Origin: an uncultured delta proteobacterium
GTDB taxonomy: Bacteria > Myxococcota_A > Polyangia > Fen-1088
DNA length: 64,000 bases
Assembly (NCBI GenBank): GCA_963767925.1
Contig: CAVYGB010000001.1
Coordinates: 1 to 64,000, forward strand
Reading direction: 5' to 3'
This document shows positions 36,854-46,620 of this stretch, in pieces. Within the stretch, counting starts at the first letter, position 1. Each line of letters starts with the position of its first letter. The notes beneath the pieces are model-generated. The model searched no databases. It was not told the origin of the DNA and worked only from the letters and a program-made list of their open reading frames with translations. A program made the position numbers and the translations under genes.

Positions 36854-37255
36854 ATGGACCCATCGCAGATCAACTGGCTGGCCGTGCTGGCCGCCGCGCT
36901 GTCGTCGTTCCTGCTCGGCGGCCTGTGGTATTCGCCGCTGCTGTTTCACCGGCCCTGGCTGGCGGCGAGCGGCCTGGACGAGGCGCAGCTCCGCCGCGGC
37001 ACCGGCCGCGTCTTCGCAGGCGCCTTCGTCTGCTCGCTCATCGCCGCGGTCAACCTGGCCTTCTTCCTGGGTGCGAAGGCCACCGCCGGGTTCGGCACCT
37101 TCGCCGGCTTCGCCGCCGGCCTGGGCTGGGTGGCCACCGGCCTGACCACCACCTACCTGTTCGAGCGCCGCCCCGCCAAGCTGACCGTGATCGACGCCGG
37201 CTACCACGTCGTCAGCCTCACCATCATGGGCGCCATCCTCGGCGCCTGGCATTAG
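36854..37255 (+). CDS. DUF1761 family membrane protein
   Basis: GGAGG RBS; INWLAVLAAA...FLLGGLWYSP.LF...W, YLFERRP.KL..IDAGY. Confidence 0.9.
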   Translation: MDPSQINWLAVLAAALSSFLLGGLWYSPLLFHRPWLAASGLDEAQLRRGTGRVFAGAFVCSLIAAVNLAFFLGAKATAGFGTFAGFAAGLGWVATGLTTTYLFERRPAKLTVIDAGYHVVSLTIMGAILGAWH

Positions 37256-37287
37256 CCGGGCCCGAGCGCAGGAGGGAACCCCGGCTA
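37253..37287 (+). repeat. REP-like family B solo copy starting on the TAG stop
   Basis: TAGCCGGGCCCGAGCGCAGGAGGGAACCCCGGCTA, close to the reverse complement of the 34161 array palindrome. Confidence 0.8.
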
Positions 37288-37308
37288 TTTTCCTGGGGCC
37301 GGCTCCGG

Positions 37309-39121
37309 CTAGAGGATGTCGAACGAGCCGAGGCCCATGTAGCGGGTGTCGTCCTTCCAGAGCTCGTCGAAGGCGAGCTGCCAGTTGTCGGCGTTCTTGC
37401 TGTCGCGGGCGATGACCCGCCAGTAGTAGGTCCCGGTGCCGGCGTTGGTGATGGCGTCGAAGCGCACGGTCATGAGGTTGTCGGCGTAGTCCCGGCGCTG
37501 GTAGACCAGGCTGGTGAAGGCGGGGGTCTCGGAGATCTCCAGATCGTACTTGATCGTGTCGCCCTGCAGGTCCTCCGACAGATCCCAGTTGAACATCACC
37601 GAGGAGCTCCCGACCAGGGGCGTTCCCAGGAAGAACGGCATCGGCCGCTCCATCCGCTCGTAAAGGTTGGTGAGCCGGCCGGGGGCGATGGTCAGCAGGC
37701 GATCCACCTCGGTCTCCCAGGCGATCTCCTTGGCGGTCGAGCCGCTGGCCGAGGTGGGCAGGCGCGACAGGTCCGGCTCCTTGTCGAGCGCCGGCCAGAC
37801 CACCGGCTTGTAGCTCTCGAGCAGGGCGCCGAGCCGCTGCGGGGTGAAGAAATCGTTGGCGAGGTGCTCGACGCGGGTCTTGAACTGCTCGAGGTTGGCC
37901 GGCTCGGCCAGGAAGCGCCGGTGCAAGGTGGCGGCCCACCAGTTGGCCAGGCCGTCGCGCCAGCGGGGCAAGATGCGCCCGGCCTCGTTGGGCTGCTGGT
38001 AAAAGCCCCAGCCGCCGTCGTAGTCCCAGGGGATGAAGGTCCAGGCGATCGGAGCTGGGGCTGGCCGCGAGGTAGAAGTTCTGGCTGGTGGTGTCGAGGT
38101 TGTTGGTGAGCAGGTTGATCGCCAGCCAGGTGATGTAGTTCTTGCGGTCGAAGTAGCGGTCGATGATCGTGTCGATGGGCGTGTCCCAGTCGTTGACCGC
38201 GTCGATCATGGCGAGCAGGCGGGTGTGGTCGTTGCCGCCCTTGACCTCGAGGTGGGTCTCGAAGGCGTCCTTGTCGTACTCCGGGTCGGTGACCAGCTTG
38301 AGGGCGGGCAGGGGCACGAACTCGAACAGCTTGGCCTTGTACAGCAGGCCGTCGCCGAAGCCCTGCTCGCGCAGGTAGCGGGGGCCGGCGTGCTCGACCT
38401 GGGTGAAGAGGCCGTAGTCGACGCCGTCGATGGTCAGGTGCACGAAGGACGTCTTGAGGGTCTTGATCTCGGGGATGGCGGCGAACAGGTCGAAGCTCAG
38501 CTTGTTGCGCACGCGGGTCAGGTCGTAGGGGTGCTTGTTGAGGAAGATGGTGCGGGTCCCCGACCAGGAGGGGGCGTCCCCGGAGATCTCGATCGTGTAG
38601 GACTTCTGCTCGGCCAGGCGGGTGGAGGCGCCGCGCAGCTTGAGCTCGCCGTTGGGCATGGTGACGCCGGCGCCGTAGTCCCCCGAGCGGAAGATCACCG
38701 GCACCCGGGGCGTCGGCTTGCGGTAGGGGTCGAGGTTGTCGTCGTTCAGATCGGCGACGGTGGTGCCACCGGTCAGCGGCATCGAGGTCAGGTTCATCTC
38801 GATCAGCGTCTGGGTCGGGGCCGAGATCGGGGCGAAGGCTCCCCACACCAGCGGACCGGTGTCGGGCGGCGCGGTGTCGGGGTTGCCGGAGGTGTCGGGG
38901 CTGCCGGGGGCGTCGCTCGGCGTTCCGTCGGTGCCGCTGTTCGTATCGCGCTTGGTGTCGGGGCTGAGGGCCCGGTCGACCGACGTGTCCACGCCGCCGG
39001 CCCCATCGCCGGTCGCGGCGTCACCGGCCGCCCCATCGGCCGTCACCATCTCGCCCGAGCCGCCGCAGGCCGCCAGCGAGAGCGCCGACAGCAGGGCAAT
39101 CTTCCTTACGAACCGTCGCAT
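37309..39121 (-). pseudogene. CotH kinase family lipoprotein with one +1 frameshift near 38044 (real or sequencing error)
   Basis: Lipobox LAAC; LRGASTR...KSY, YGLFTQVE, GLLYKA, NLDTTSQNFYL; continues as WTFIPWDYDG in the next frame after GAT-CGC-C-TGG. Confidence 0.85.
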
Positions 39122-39250
39122 GAAATCTGTCATCGACCGGCCCGGCCCGCGTCGTGAGCCCAGGTGGGGCCAGAGATCGCGGATCTACGAATCGTCGACG
39201 GCGGCGGATGGGGCGGGCGCCAGTTCCACGCCGGGCGCGGGGCGCCCGCC

Positions 39251-39266
39251 TGGCACGACCGATGCT
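39251..39266 (+). promoter_or_regulatory. Candidate sigma54 promoter
   Basis: TGGCACG-accg-ATGCT, GG-N10-GC. Confidence 0.55.
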
Positions 39267-39291
39267 GTTATGGTACGTGAGGCGCGTCAGC

Positions 39292-39615
39292 ATGCTCACG
39301 GTATCCGCAGCGGTCGAAGCGAGGGTTGGCGAGGCCCCCGCCGTCGCGGCGGCGCCCCTGGAGGTGGTCGTCTACCGGCCAGGCGCCCGGGACTGCACGG
39401 CTTTCGAGGCGCGCCTGCGCCGGGCGCTCGCCGAGGTCGGTCGGGCGACCCGCCTGGTCCTCGCGGCGGACCCCCTGCGCGCGCCCCTGCCACCCGGCGT
39501 CTACCTCAGCCCCACCTTCCCGACGGTGGTCCTGGTACACCACGGTCGGGTGGTAGCCCAGGCAGTGGGAGACCTCCCCCTGTGGGAGCTACGCACCCTG
39601 CTGAGGTGCGGGTAA
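39292..39615 (+). CDS. Small thioredoxin-fold-like protein without CxxC
   Basis: VVVYRPGARDC..F, FPTVVLVHHGRVVAQAVG.LP..EL..LL resembles the thioredoxin cis-Pro strand and C-terminal helix. Confidence 0.6.
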   Translation: MLTVSAAVEARVGEAPAVAAAPLEVVVYRPGARDCTAFEARLRRALAEVGRATRLVLAADPLRAPLPPGVYLSPTFPTVVLVHHGRVVAQAVGDLPLWELRTLLRCG

Positions 39616-39650
39616 CTCGAACGCTCGAGAAGGCGGCCAGGCCGGTTCGG

Positions 39651-39700
39651 CCCGCCCCCCCGCTGCCGGAAGGGTGAGGGGCGGTCGCCGCCCTTCACGG
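39651..39700 (+). repeat. Partial REP-like family A copy
   Basis: GGAAGGGTGAGGGGCGGTCGCC retained; first hairpin degenerate. Confidence 0.6.
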
Positions 39701-39707
39701 CCGGCGG

Positions 39708-40577
39708 TCAGTTCCCCGCGCCGGCGTCGCCGCTGTCGGGGCCGGGCAGGCCGGCCGGCAGCTTGGCCCGCATCTGCTGGAACTGGGCGCGGTTGGTAGC
39801 CCCGACGGCGAGCATCTCCTTGCTGATGAGCTCGCGCACGTGCTCCTCGCGGTCGCCGGGCAGCGGGTGGCCCATCACGTACTTCAAGATGGCGGGCGTC
39901 CCCCCCTGCAACATGTCCAGCTTCTGGAAGAAGGTCACCAGGCCGTTGGGGTCGAACCCCGCCTCGCTGGTCAGCCGGGCGCCGTAGTCGTCGGCCTCGG
40001 TCTCGGCGTCGCGCGAGTGCGACAGCAGATACCCCTGGGCCGCCAGCCCCGCCGCCAGCTCGGCCAGCTTGTTGGCGTCCTGACCGAGGGCGATGGCGAT
40101 GAGCCCCTGCAGGGTGTAGGTCTGCACCAGCCGGCGGGCGAAGTGCCGGGCCAGCACGTGCCCCACCTCGTGCCCCATGACCCCGATGACCTCCGCCTCG
40201 TTGTCCGCCGCGCGCAGCAGGCCGGTGAACACGTAGAGGTAGCCGCCGGGGGTGGCGAAGGCGTTGACCTGGGTGGGGTCGTCGATGACCTCGACCTTCC
40301 AGTCGAACTCGGGCCGCTTGGCCTTGCCCAGGCTGACGACCTCGTCGGCGAGGCCCAGGATGTAGCTGCGGAGCTGGGCGTCCTGCAGGTAGCGGATGGG
40401 GGGCATCTCGGCGCTCCCCTTCTCCAGCTCGAGCTTGAGCTGGGCCCCGAGCATGTTCTCCTGCTCGGGCGAGATCAGCAGCTCGGCCGCGGCCTGCGAC
40501 GAGCAGCCGGCGGAGGCGCCTGCGGCAAGCACCACCAGGGTCGACAGGCACAGGAGGGGCGAGGTCGGCGTTCGCAT
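39708..40577 (-). CDS. M48 family metalloprotease lipoprotein
   Basis: Lipobox SAGC; VNAFATPGGYLYVFTGL, VMGHEVGHV, HSRDAETEAD, HP...DR. Confidence 0.93.
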   Translation of the reverse strand: MRTPTSPLLCLSTLVVLAAGASAGCSSQAAAELLISPEQENMLGAQLKLELEKGSAEMPPIRYLQDAQLRSYILGLADEVVSLGKAKRPEFDWKVEVIDDPTQVNAFATPGGYLYVFTGLLRAADNEAEVIGVMGHEVGHVLARHFARRLVQTYTLQGLIAIALGQDANKLAELAAGLAAQGYLLSHSRDAETEADDYGARLTSEAGFDPNGLVTFFQKLDMLQGGTPAILKYVMGHPLPGDREEHVRELISKEMLAVGATNRAQFQQMRAKLPAGLPGPDSGDAGAGN

Positions 40578-40660
40578 GGTGGCTCCATCATAGGGGGATC
40601 GCCCGCCGCGGGTCACGCGCGCGGCGGGCGGAGTGGGAGCGGCGGGCCCCCGCCATCAGG

Positions 40661-41566
40661 TCAGGGCTCCGGGTGCTCGGCGGGCTGCTCGTCGAACTGG
40701 GCGATGACGACAGTTATGTTGTCGTCGCCGCCGCGGGCGTTGGCCTCGTCGACCAGGAGCTGGCTCTTTCCGGCCGGGGACCCCGGCCCGCCGACCACCT
40801 GGGCGATCTCCCCGTCGGTCAGCATCTTGGTGAGGCCGTCGGTGCACAGGAGCAGGATGTCCCCCGCCTCCACCGAATGTTTGTGCACCTCCGGCTCGAC
40901 CCCCCGGGTGCCGCCGCCGACCGCGTTCATGATGACGTTGCGCATGTCGTGGTGGGCCGCCTGCTCGGGGGTGATGGCCCCGTCGCTGAGCAGCCGGGCC
41001 ACGATGGTGTGGTCCTGGGTGAGCTGGGTCAGCTCCCCCTGGCGCCACCGGTAGCAGCGGCTGTCGCCGGCGTGGGCCACGTAGAGCGCACGCCCGGTGC
41101 AGTAGGCCATGGTGAGGGTGGTCCCCATGCCGTGCAACTCGGGCTTGCGCCCGCCCGCCTCCTCCAGCCAGCGGTCGGTGGTGCGCAGGGCATCGCGCAG
41201 CTCGCCCACGACCCCTTCGCCGCGCAGGCAGAACAGCCAGCCGATGGTGTTGAGCACCAGGTTCTCGATACCGGCCACCGCCATGGCGCTGGCGACGTCT
41301 CCCGCCTTGTGTCCGCCCATGCCGTCGGCGACGACCAGCAGGTGGCCGAGCTGATCGCCCATCATCACCTCGGGCTGGCTGAGGCTCGACTGTCGCACGC
41401 GCAGCAGCCGGCGCACCTCGGTGATGGCAAACTGATCCTCGTTCTTCTGGCGGACCTGGCCCCGGTCGGTGACGCCGCCGCTGAGGACGCGCAGGCCGCC
41501 CTCCGGCCCCGCTGGCTCCCGGGATGGCTCCGCATCGTCGTGGGGCAGCTCGCTCGTCATCTGCAT
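40661..41566 (-). CDS. PP2C-family Ser/Thr phosphatase
   Basis: TDRGQVR.KNED, VADGMGGH..G.VAS, GMGTTLT, HAGDSRCY, LCTDGL, GGDDNITV. Confidence 0.95.
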   Translation of the reverse strand: MQMTSELPHDDAEPSREPAGPEGGLRVLSGGVTDRGQVRQKNEDQFAITEVRRLLRVRQSSLSQPEVMMGDQLGHLLVVADGMGGHKAGDVASAMAVAGIENLVLNTIGWLFCLRGEGVVGELRDALRTTDRWLEEAGGRKPELHGMGTTLTMAYCTGRALYVAHAGDSRCYRWRQGELTQLTQDHTIVARLLSDGAITPEQAAHHDMRNVIMNAVGGGTRGVEPEVHKHSVEAGDILLLCTDGLTKMLTDGEIAQVVGGPGSPAGKSQLLVDEANARGGDDNITVVIAQFDEQPAEHPEP

Positions 41567-41615
41567 GGCTCTTCTCCGATTGGGCTGACTGGGTGATGGG
41601 GCAAGACGCGCGCGC

Positions 41616-42074
41616 TCATCGGGCCTCCGACAGGGCGTGCAGGTAGTAGTCGTGGCCTCCGGGGACAGCGCGCACGATCGGCTGGGGGTGGGCGTATTGC
41701 CGGACCACCTCCAGCAGCGCCTCCGGCGCGACCGGCTTGGACAGGAAGGCCACCACCTCGCCGGGCACCACCTGGAGGCGGTCGAGGCCGCTGGTGAGCA
41801 GCACGGGCACCGCGCCGAGCACGCTGTGGTTGCGCCGCTCCTTGAGGAACGTCCAGCCGTCCATGACCGGCATCTGCATGTCGAGCAGCAGCAGGCGGGG
41901 GCGCACGCCGGCGTCGACCAGGCGGAACACCTCGGCGCCGTTGGCCGCCCAGCCCACGGCCAGCTCCTCGCTGTCCAGGAGCTCGACCATCCCCGTGCGG
42001 GTCTCCTCGTCGTCCTCGACCACCAGGACGTCCACCACCACCTGCTCGCTCACCGAGGATTGTTTTGTTGGCAT
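41616..42074 (-). CDS. Single-domain response regulator receiver
   Basis: VLVVEDD, LLLDMQMPVMDGW, LTSG, LSKP. Confidence 0.9.
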   Translation of the reverse strand: MPTKQSSVSEQVVVDVLVVEDDEETRTGMVELLDSEELAVGWAANGAEVFRLVDAGVRPRLLLLDMQMPVMDGWTFLKERRNHSVLGAVPVLLTSGLDRLQVVPGEVVAFLSKPVAPEALLEVVRQYAHPQPIVRAVPGGHDYYLHALSEAR

Positions 42075-42350
42075 GACGTCAACCCACAAGTCACGAATCG
42101 TGCCAGGAGGGCCATGGCGCGCCGCTCCGCGCGAGATAGCGGTATTCCAGGGACATGACTGGCCAACGCAGCGAAAGATGAGAGAAACGGACACCGGGGT
42201 CGTCACGGGCCGGTGACGGGGCCCCTCCCGAGGGTAACGCCGCCCAGGCTTACCTGCAGAACCTGCCGGAGCCGGCCTTGCGCGCCGGGGGACCGGGCCC
42301 AACTTGGCAAATCGCGATCGAAGTACCCGTAATTTTTCAGCTCGAGGAGG

Positions 42351-42818
42351 ATGGCCGTGACGAACAAGCAAGCGGTGAAACGCCTCCAGTCTTCCGCCGA
42401 GGAACACCCGTTGTGGTTTTTTGGCGGAGCGCTGGGCGCTGGTCTGTTGCTCGGAAAGCTCGCCCCGCACGTGGTGAGCAGCCTGGTGAAGCTGGGTGGG
42501 GGGCTCGCCTGGCGGCTCTATGTGCTCCCGGCGATCACGGAGAAGCTCACCGCGGTCGCCGAGGGCAAGAGCCGGCTGCCCCGGCTCGATCAGCTCGACA
42601 AGGAGAGCGCCCTCGAGCTGGTGGGGCTGACCAGGCGGCCCAGCTCGGTCGGCAAGGTGGCTGGGACGCTGGCGCTGCTCACCGCGGGCGCGGCGGCCGG
42701 GGCGGGCCTGGGGCTGGCGTTTGCGCCTCGCGCCGGAAGCGAGCTGCGCCGCGAGCTGGCCGAGAAGATCCAGAAGCTCCGCGAGGAGGGCGCGTCCGCC
42801 GAAGCCGACGCGCTCTAG
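42351..42818 (+). CDS. YtxH-domain membrane protein with extra N-terminal membrane module
   Basis: GAGGAGG RBS (start ATG 42351 or GTG 42357); GAAAGAGLGLAFAPRAGSELRRELAEK YtxH motif. Confidence 0.75.
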   Translation: MAVTNKQAVKRLQSSAEEHPLWFFGGALGAGLLLGKLAPHVVSSLVKLGGGLAWRLYVLPAITEKLTAVAEGKSRLPRLDQLDKESALELVGLTRRPSSVGKVAGTLALLTAGAAAGAGLGLAFAPRAGSELRRELAEKIQKLREEGASAEADAL

Positions 42819-43036
42819 CTAGACGGGAACCATCGCGAGGGACCCCGAGAGGGGCCCCGCCCGCGGCCTCCGGCCCCGCCTGGGTCGGCCGTTCCCGGTC
42901 GGACCCAGGCCGTGTGGGGGCAGTAACAGGGAACCGGGAGGGTGGCTGACAAAGGTGTCCGGAACTGGCCGGTCCGGCTGGGAGGCGTGTGGTCGATTCT
43001 GGCTCGAATCGCGGGGATCGCGGAGGGTGGGAGCCC

Positions 43037-43052
43037 TGGCGCGGAACGTGCT
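43037..43052 (+). promoter_or_regulatory. Sigma54 -24/-12 promoter, twin of 35235
   Basis: TGGCGCG-gaac-GTGCT followed by TGACG..GGGGTATG. Confidence 0.65.
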
Positions 43053-43065
43053 TGACGAGAGGGGT

Positions 43066-43281
43066 ATGCGAGACATCTTAGACTCCTCGAAGGCCGACAA
43101 GGTCGAGACGAGGGAGCGGCAGGGCGGGCAGCGGACGGGCGAGCCGGGCTGGCAGAAAGCGGCTTCGCCCGCCTACCGTGGTGTTCCCGCCGGGTTCGGC
43201 GCGCATTTCCCCACCAACCCGCCCTGGCAGGCCCGACGGGCAAGCTGGCGGATGTTCGTCCGGGGATCGCAGGGCTCCTGA
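43066..43281 (+). CDS. Putative leaderless small protein (71 aa)
   Basis: ATG at the predicted sigma54 start site; MRDILDSSKADK..WRMFVRGSQGS; ends convergent with next gene. Confidence 0.45.
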   Translation: MRDILDSSKADKVETRERQGGQRTGEPGWQKAASPAYRGVPAGFGAHFPTNPPWQARRASWRMFVRGSQGS

Positions 43282-43297
43282 GTCGGCGGCGGCGTTT

Positions 43298-45631
43298 TCA
43301 CCTCGGTGCGTCCGGAGCGTCGAGATTGCCCGGATCGTCCGGGCTGTCCGGGTAGGCGACGCCGGGTTTGCGAACGTAGCTGGTGACGGGCTTCTTGAGC
43401 GTGCCGAGGACGCGGCCCTCGAGCACGTCGACCGGCAGAGGGGGCGCGAGCTCGTAGTAGTAGCCCCGGGTCGTGAGCTGGTAGCCGTAGCGGCGGTCTT
43501 CCAGGGTGAAGATTTTCTTGATGGCGAGCGGGTTGTCCCCCTGGCGCAGGTGGGTGCGGTGGCGCAGGACGAACCCGAACAGCCGCACCGCGCGCGGGTT
43601 CACCAGGCGGTGGCAGCCGTGCGAGAAGCGGCGGGCGATCGAGGTGTAGTCGACCGAGCCGTGGGTGCGGATCTGGTTGTCGAACAGCCCGCCCGAGGCG
43701 GTCACCTGGTGGTGGATGGCCATCACGAGGCCATAGGCCGACTGGAAGCCGGGGCCGATGACCTCGGTGTCGACGACCTCGACCGGGCCGGTGCGGACGT
43801 CGAAGATCTTGCGGGTGAGCAGCTCGCGGGCCGGGGTCGTGTCGGGCGGGACCCAGACCGGGGCGGCGACGATCTGCTTCCAGACCCGGGGGCCGACGTC
43901 GGAGCTCTTGTAGCGGTAGTAGACGGCGCCGTCGGGGTGCAGCTCGCTTCGCCAGGAGCCGATGGTGGTCCGCCAGCGCGCCAGGGGGATGCGCTGGCCG
44001 TTCCAGGTGGTGTGCAGGGTCAGGGTCGGGTAACGCTCGCGCCGCTGCTCGAGGGGCTTGCCGTCGTCGGCGAAGGGGAAGTCGTACCAGACGTCGCCGC
44101 GGTCGATCTCGACCGACAGGTCCATGTGGGGGCCGTGGTAGGGCGGGCGGGGCGGTGGGGCGAAGGCGACCTTGAGGTGGGCCAGGCCGGCGGCCCCGAA
44201 GGTCCGCAGGAACAGCGCCATGGCCTGGGGCGCGGTCGCGTCCGGGCGGCGAGTGGCCTCGCCGGCGGTGGTGAGCGCCAGGGCGGCCAGCAGCGCCTGC
44301 AGGTGCTCGCCCACCAGATCGGGGACCGGCACGAGGGCCCCGCTGGCGTCGCGGTAGCGGGCGGGGTGGCTGCGGCTGCCGGCGGTGCCGTCCTCGATGA
44401 TGCCGGCGGCGTCGGCGACCCGCTCGGTGAGGATGCGCCGGAAGGTCTCGTGGTGCAGGTCGAGCGGGGGGCGCTGCAGCCACTGCTGGGTCTGCTCGCC
44501 GAGGAAGCCCCAGCCGTAGATGTCGTTGCGGCGCTCCCACGCGGCCAGCGCCTCGTGGGTGGCCAGGTCGAACAGCCCGGCGGGGGTGTCGCGGCGGGCG
44601 GGGAGCAGGCCCTCGCAGGTCAGGCGGGCCTGGGCGGCGCGGATGGCCCGGGCGCGCGCCTGGCCGCGCACCAGCCGTTCGAGGCGGGCGGCGTCGGCGG
44701 CGTTGGCGCGCAGGCGGTCGATGAGCGCGGGGGCGGGGGGCGCCCGCTGGAGCGCGGCCCAGTCGACGGGGCCGGCGTCGGGGAGCGGCGGGCCGATCGG
44801 CGGCGGGGTGGCGGCGGCGGTGTCGGTCCCGGCGTCGGCGAGGGCGTCGAGGCGCGCCGCCAGCCAGGTAGCGTCCTCGGCGAGGGCCTCCTGCTCGCGC
44901 CGGGCCTGGCGGGCGTTCTGGTAGGTGACGGTCTCGGGCAGGGCGCGCAGGCCGGCGCCGTCGAGGGCGGCGTAGCAGGGGGCGGCGGCGGCGTCCCGTT
45001 CCAGGCGACGGAGGAGCACCGACAAGGTGGGCGGGATGCCGAACACCTCGAGGTGGTTGCGCACCGGTTCGCTGCGCGGCCGCGCCGGTGGTGGGCGGGG
45101 TGGGGGAGGGCGCTTGCCCCGCTGGCGGTCGAGGGCCTCGCGCCGCCGTTGCTCCTCGGCCTCGGGCGAGAGATCGATGGCGCGGGTGGCGCCGCCGGCC
45201 AGGAACAGCGCCTGGGGATCGACGCGGTCGTTGGCCAGCGCGACGAAGGTCTGGCGGTAGGCGTTGGGCTTTGCCGGGGCGGCGGGGTCGTCGCCGTCGG
45301 ACTCGCTGAAGATGAAGGGCGCCCAGGTGTCGCCGAGGTCGACGACCAGCAGCCCGGCCGCCCGCGCCTCGGCCAGCGGGACCAGGCGCGCGCCGCCCGG
45401 CAGCAAGGCGATCGCCTCGCCTTCGCCCGGCCGGAGCGCGGCCCAGGCCGGCGGCCCGGCCGCCCACCCCGGCCCGGCGGCCCGGGCGGGGCCCTCGCCG
45501 GGCGGTCCGATCGCCGCCCGGCCGGCTGGCTCCCGATCCTCCCGCCCGCACCCGGTCGAAAGCAGCGCCGCCGCCGCCAGCGCCACACCTGGAGCCCCGG
45601 CCCCCCACCTCCGATCAACGCCCACGCCCAC
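43298..45631 (-). CDS. L,D-transpeptidase (YkuD-like) lipoprotein with peptidoglycan-binding-like segment (start uncertain)
   Basis: Lipobox STGC; G.FD.AT.EAL..W; P.WVPP; IRTHGS..Y.SI...FSHGCHRL catalytic motif. Confidence 0.88.
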   Translation of the reverse strand: MGVGVDRRWGAGAPGVALAAAALLSTGCGREDREPAGRAAIGPPGEGPARAAGPGWAAGPPAWAALRPGEGEAIALLPGGARLVPLAEARAAGLLVVDLGDTWAPFIFSESDGDDPAAPAKPNAYRQTFVALANDRVDPQALFLAGGATRAIDLSPEAEEQRRREALDRQRGKRPPPPRPPPARPRSEPVRNHLEVFGIPPTLSVLLRRLERDAAAAPCYAALDGAGLRALPETVTYQNARQARREQEALAEDATWLAARLDALADAGTDTAAATPPPIGPPLPDAGPVDWAALQRAPPAPALIDRLRANAADAARLERLVRGQARARAIRAAQARLTCEGLLPARRDTPAGLFDLATHEALAAWERRNDIYGWGFLGEQTQQWLQRPPLDLHHETFRRILTERVADAAGIIEDGTAGSRSHPARYRDASGALVPVPDLVGEHLQALLAALALTTAGEATRRPDATAPQAMALFLRTFGAAGLAHLKVAFAPPPRPPYHGPHMDLSVEIDRGDVWYDFPFADDGKPLEQRRERYPTLTLHTTWNGQRIPLARWRTTIGSWRSELHPDGAVYYRYKSSDVGPRVWKQIVAAPVWVPPDTTPARELLTRKIFDVRTGPVEVVDTEVIGPGFQSAYGLVMAIHHQVTASGGLFDNQIRTHGSVDYTSIARRFSHGCHRLVNPRAVRLFGFVLRHRTHLRQGDNPLAIKKIFTLEDRRYGYQLTTRGYYYELAPPLPVDVLEGRVLGTLKKPVTSYVRKPGVAYPDSPDDPGNLDAPDAPR

Positions 45632-45762
45632 AGTGTAGCGCGCCGCCCGCGCCGCCCCGGGTTGGCCGCGACGGCCCTCGGGGACGGGGGTGGCGTGGCC
45701 CGGGTCCTCTCGGGCTCGCCGGTGCTCGCGGGCGGGGAGGGAGATCTACGAGGATCCCGCGC

Positions 45763-46620
45763 TCAATCGAGCGGGCGGGCGGTTCTCCAGACGCGGATGT
45801 CGTCGAGAAGGCCGGTGTAGGGGCGGATGGGATCGTCGTCCCAGCCGATGCGGAAGCCGAAGCTGCGGTCGGTGGCCGGCTCGGCCACCAGCTCGTCCTC
45901 GGCGGCGAGCGCGCCGTCGATCCAGAGGCGGATCGTGTCCCCTTGCAACACGCAGTGCAGGCGGCTCCAGACCCCGGGCTGGACGCCTCTCGGCTTGAGC
46001 GCCTGACCGTTGGAGCCAGCGCCACAGAGGACCGCGCCGCTGCTGGTGATGACGATGCCGTACTGGCCGGGGTTCTCGATCACGGTCATCGTCGCGCCCA
46101 GCTCGGCCAGCCGCACCGACACCTCGAGGGTGATGGTGGTGGCGTCGAGGCGGGGCGACTCGGGTACCGTCATGTGCGCGCCCGGGCGCAGCTCGGCCGC
46201 CAGCCCCGAGGGGCCGGGGACGAAGCGCAGCGGCGCGCCCTCGATCGCCAGGTGCGACGGCGACTCGTCGATCGCCGCGCTCTCGAAGCGCAGGCACAGC
46301 GCCAGGTCGGGATCGTCCGGACAGGCCGCGCTCGCCGGAGCGTCGGCCACCCGCGGTCCGGCATCCGGAGGAGGTTGGGTAGCCGGTGGAGGGGGCTGGG
46401 GCGGGGGCGCCGTCCGGTCGGACGTCGAGGCATCTGCCGTCATACCCCCGGAGCCCCCGGCTCCGCCGGAGCCGCCCGCGCCGCCGACCGGGGGGTCGAT
46501 TGGCCGGGCCTCCGCGCCCGCGTCGGGCAGCGTCCCCACCGGACCGAACTGCGTGCCCCCTTCGTCGAGCTGACAGCCGGACAGCACCAGCACGAACACA
46601 CACAGGAGGTCTCTTTTCAT
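45763..46620 (-). CDS. LamG-like jellyroll domain lipoprotein
   Basis: Lipobox LSGC; Gly/Pro linker; DPDLALCLRFE, IRLWIDG, YTGLLDDIRVW. Confidence 0.85.
   Translation of the reverse strand: MKRDLLCVFVLVLSGCQLDEGGTQFGPVGTLPDAGAEARPIDPPVGGAGGSGGAGGSGGMTADASTSDRTAPPPQPPPPATQPPPDAGPRVADAPASAACPDDPDLALCLRFESAAIDESPSHLAIEGAPLRFVPGPSGLAAELRPGAHMTVPESPRLDATTITLEVSVRLAELGATMTVIENPGQYGIVITSSGAVLCGAGSNGQALKPRGVQPGVWSRLHCVLQGDTIRLWIDGALAAEDELVAEPATDRSFGFRIGWDDDPIRPYTGLLDDIRVWRTARPLD

Noticed and set aside
42088..42106. Sigma54 promoter for the receiver gene (TGGCACG-attc-GTGAC, minus strand)
   Set aside because: The -12 GC is replaced by GA; too weak to call
43173..45820. Very long alternative-frame ORFs (also 2615-4543, 12459-14561, 21744-23933, 58763-61000 and others)
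   Set aside because: Arg/Pro/Gly-rich shadow frames expected at high GC, overlapping genes with clear motifs
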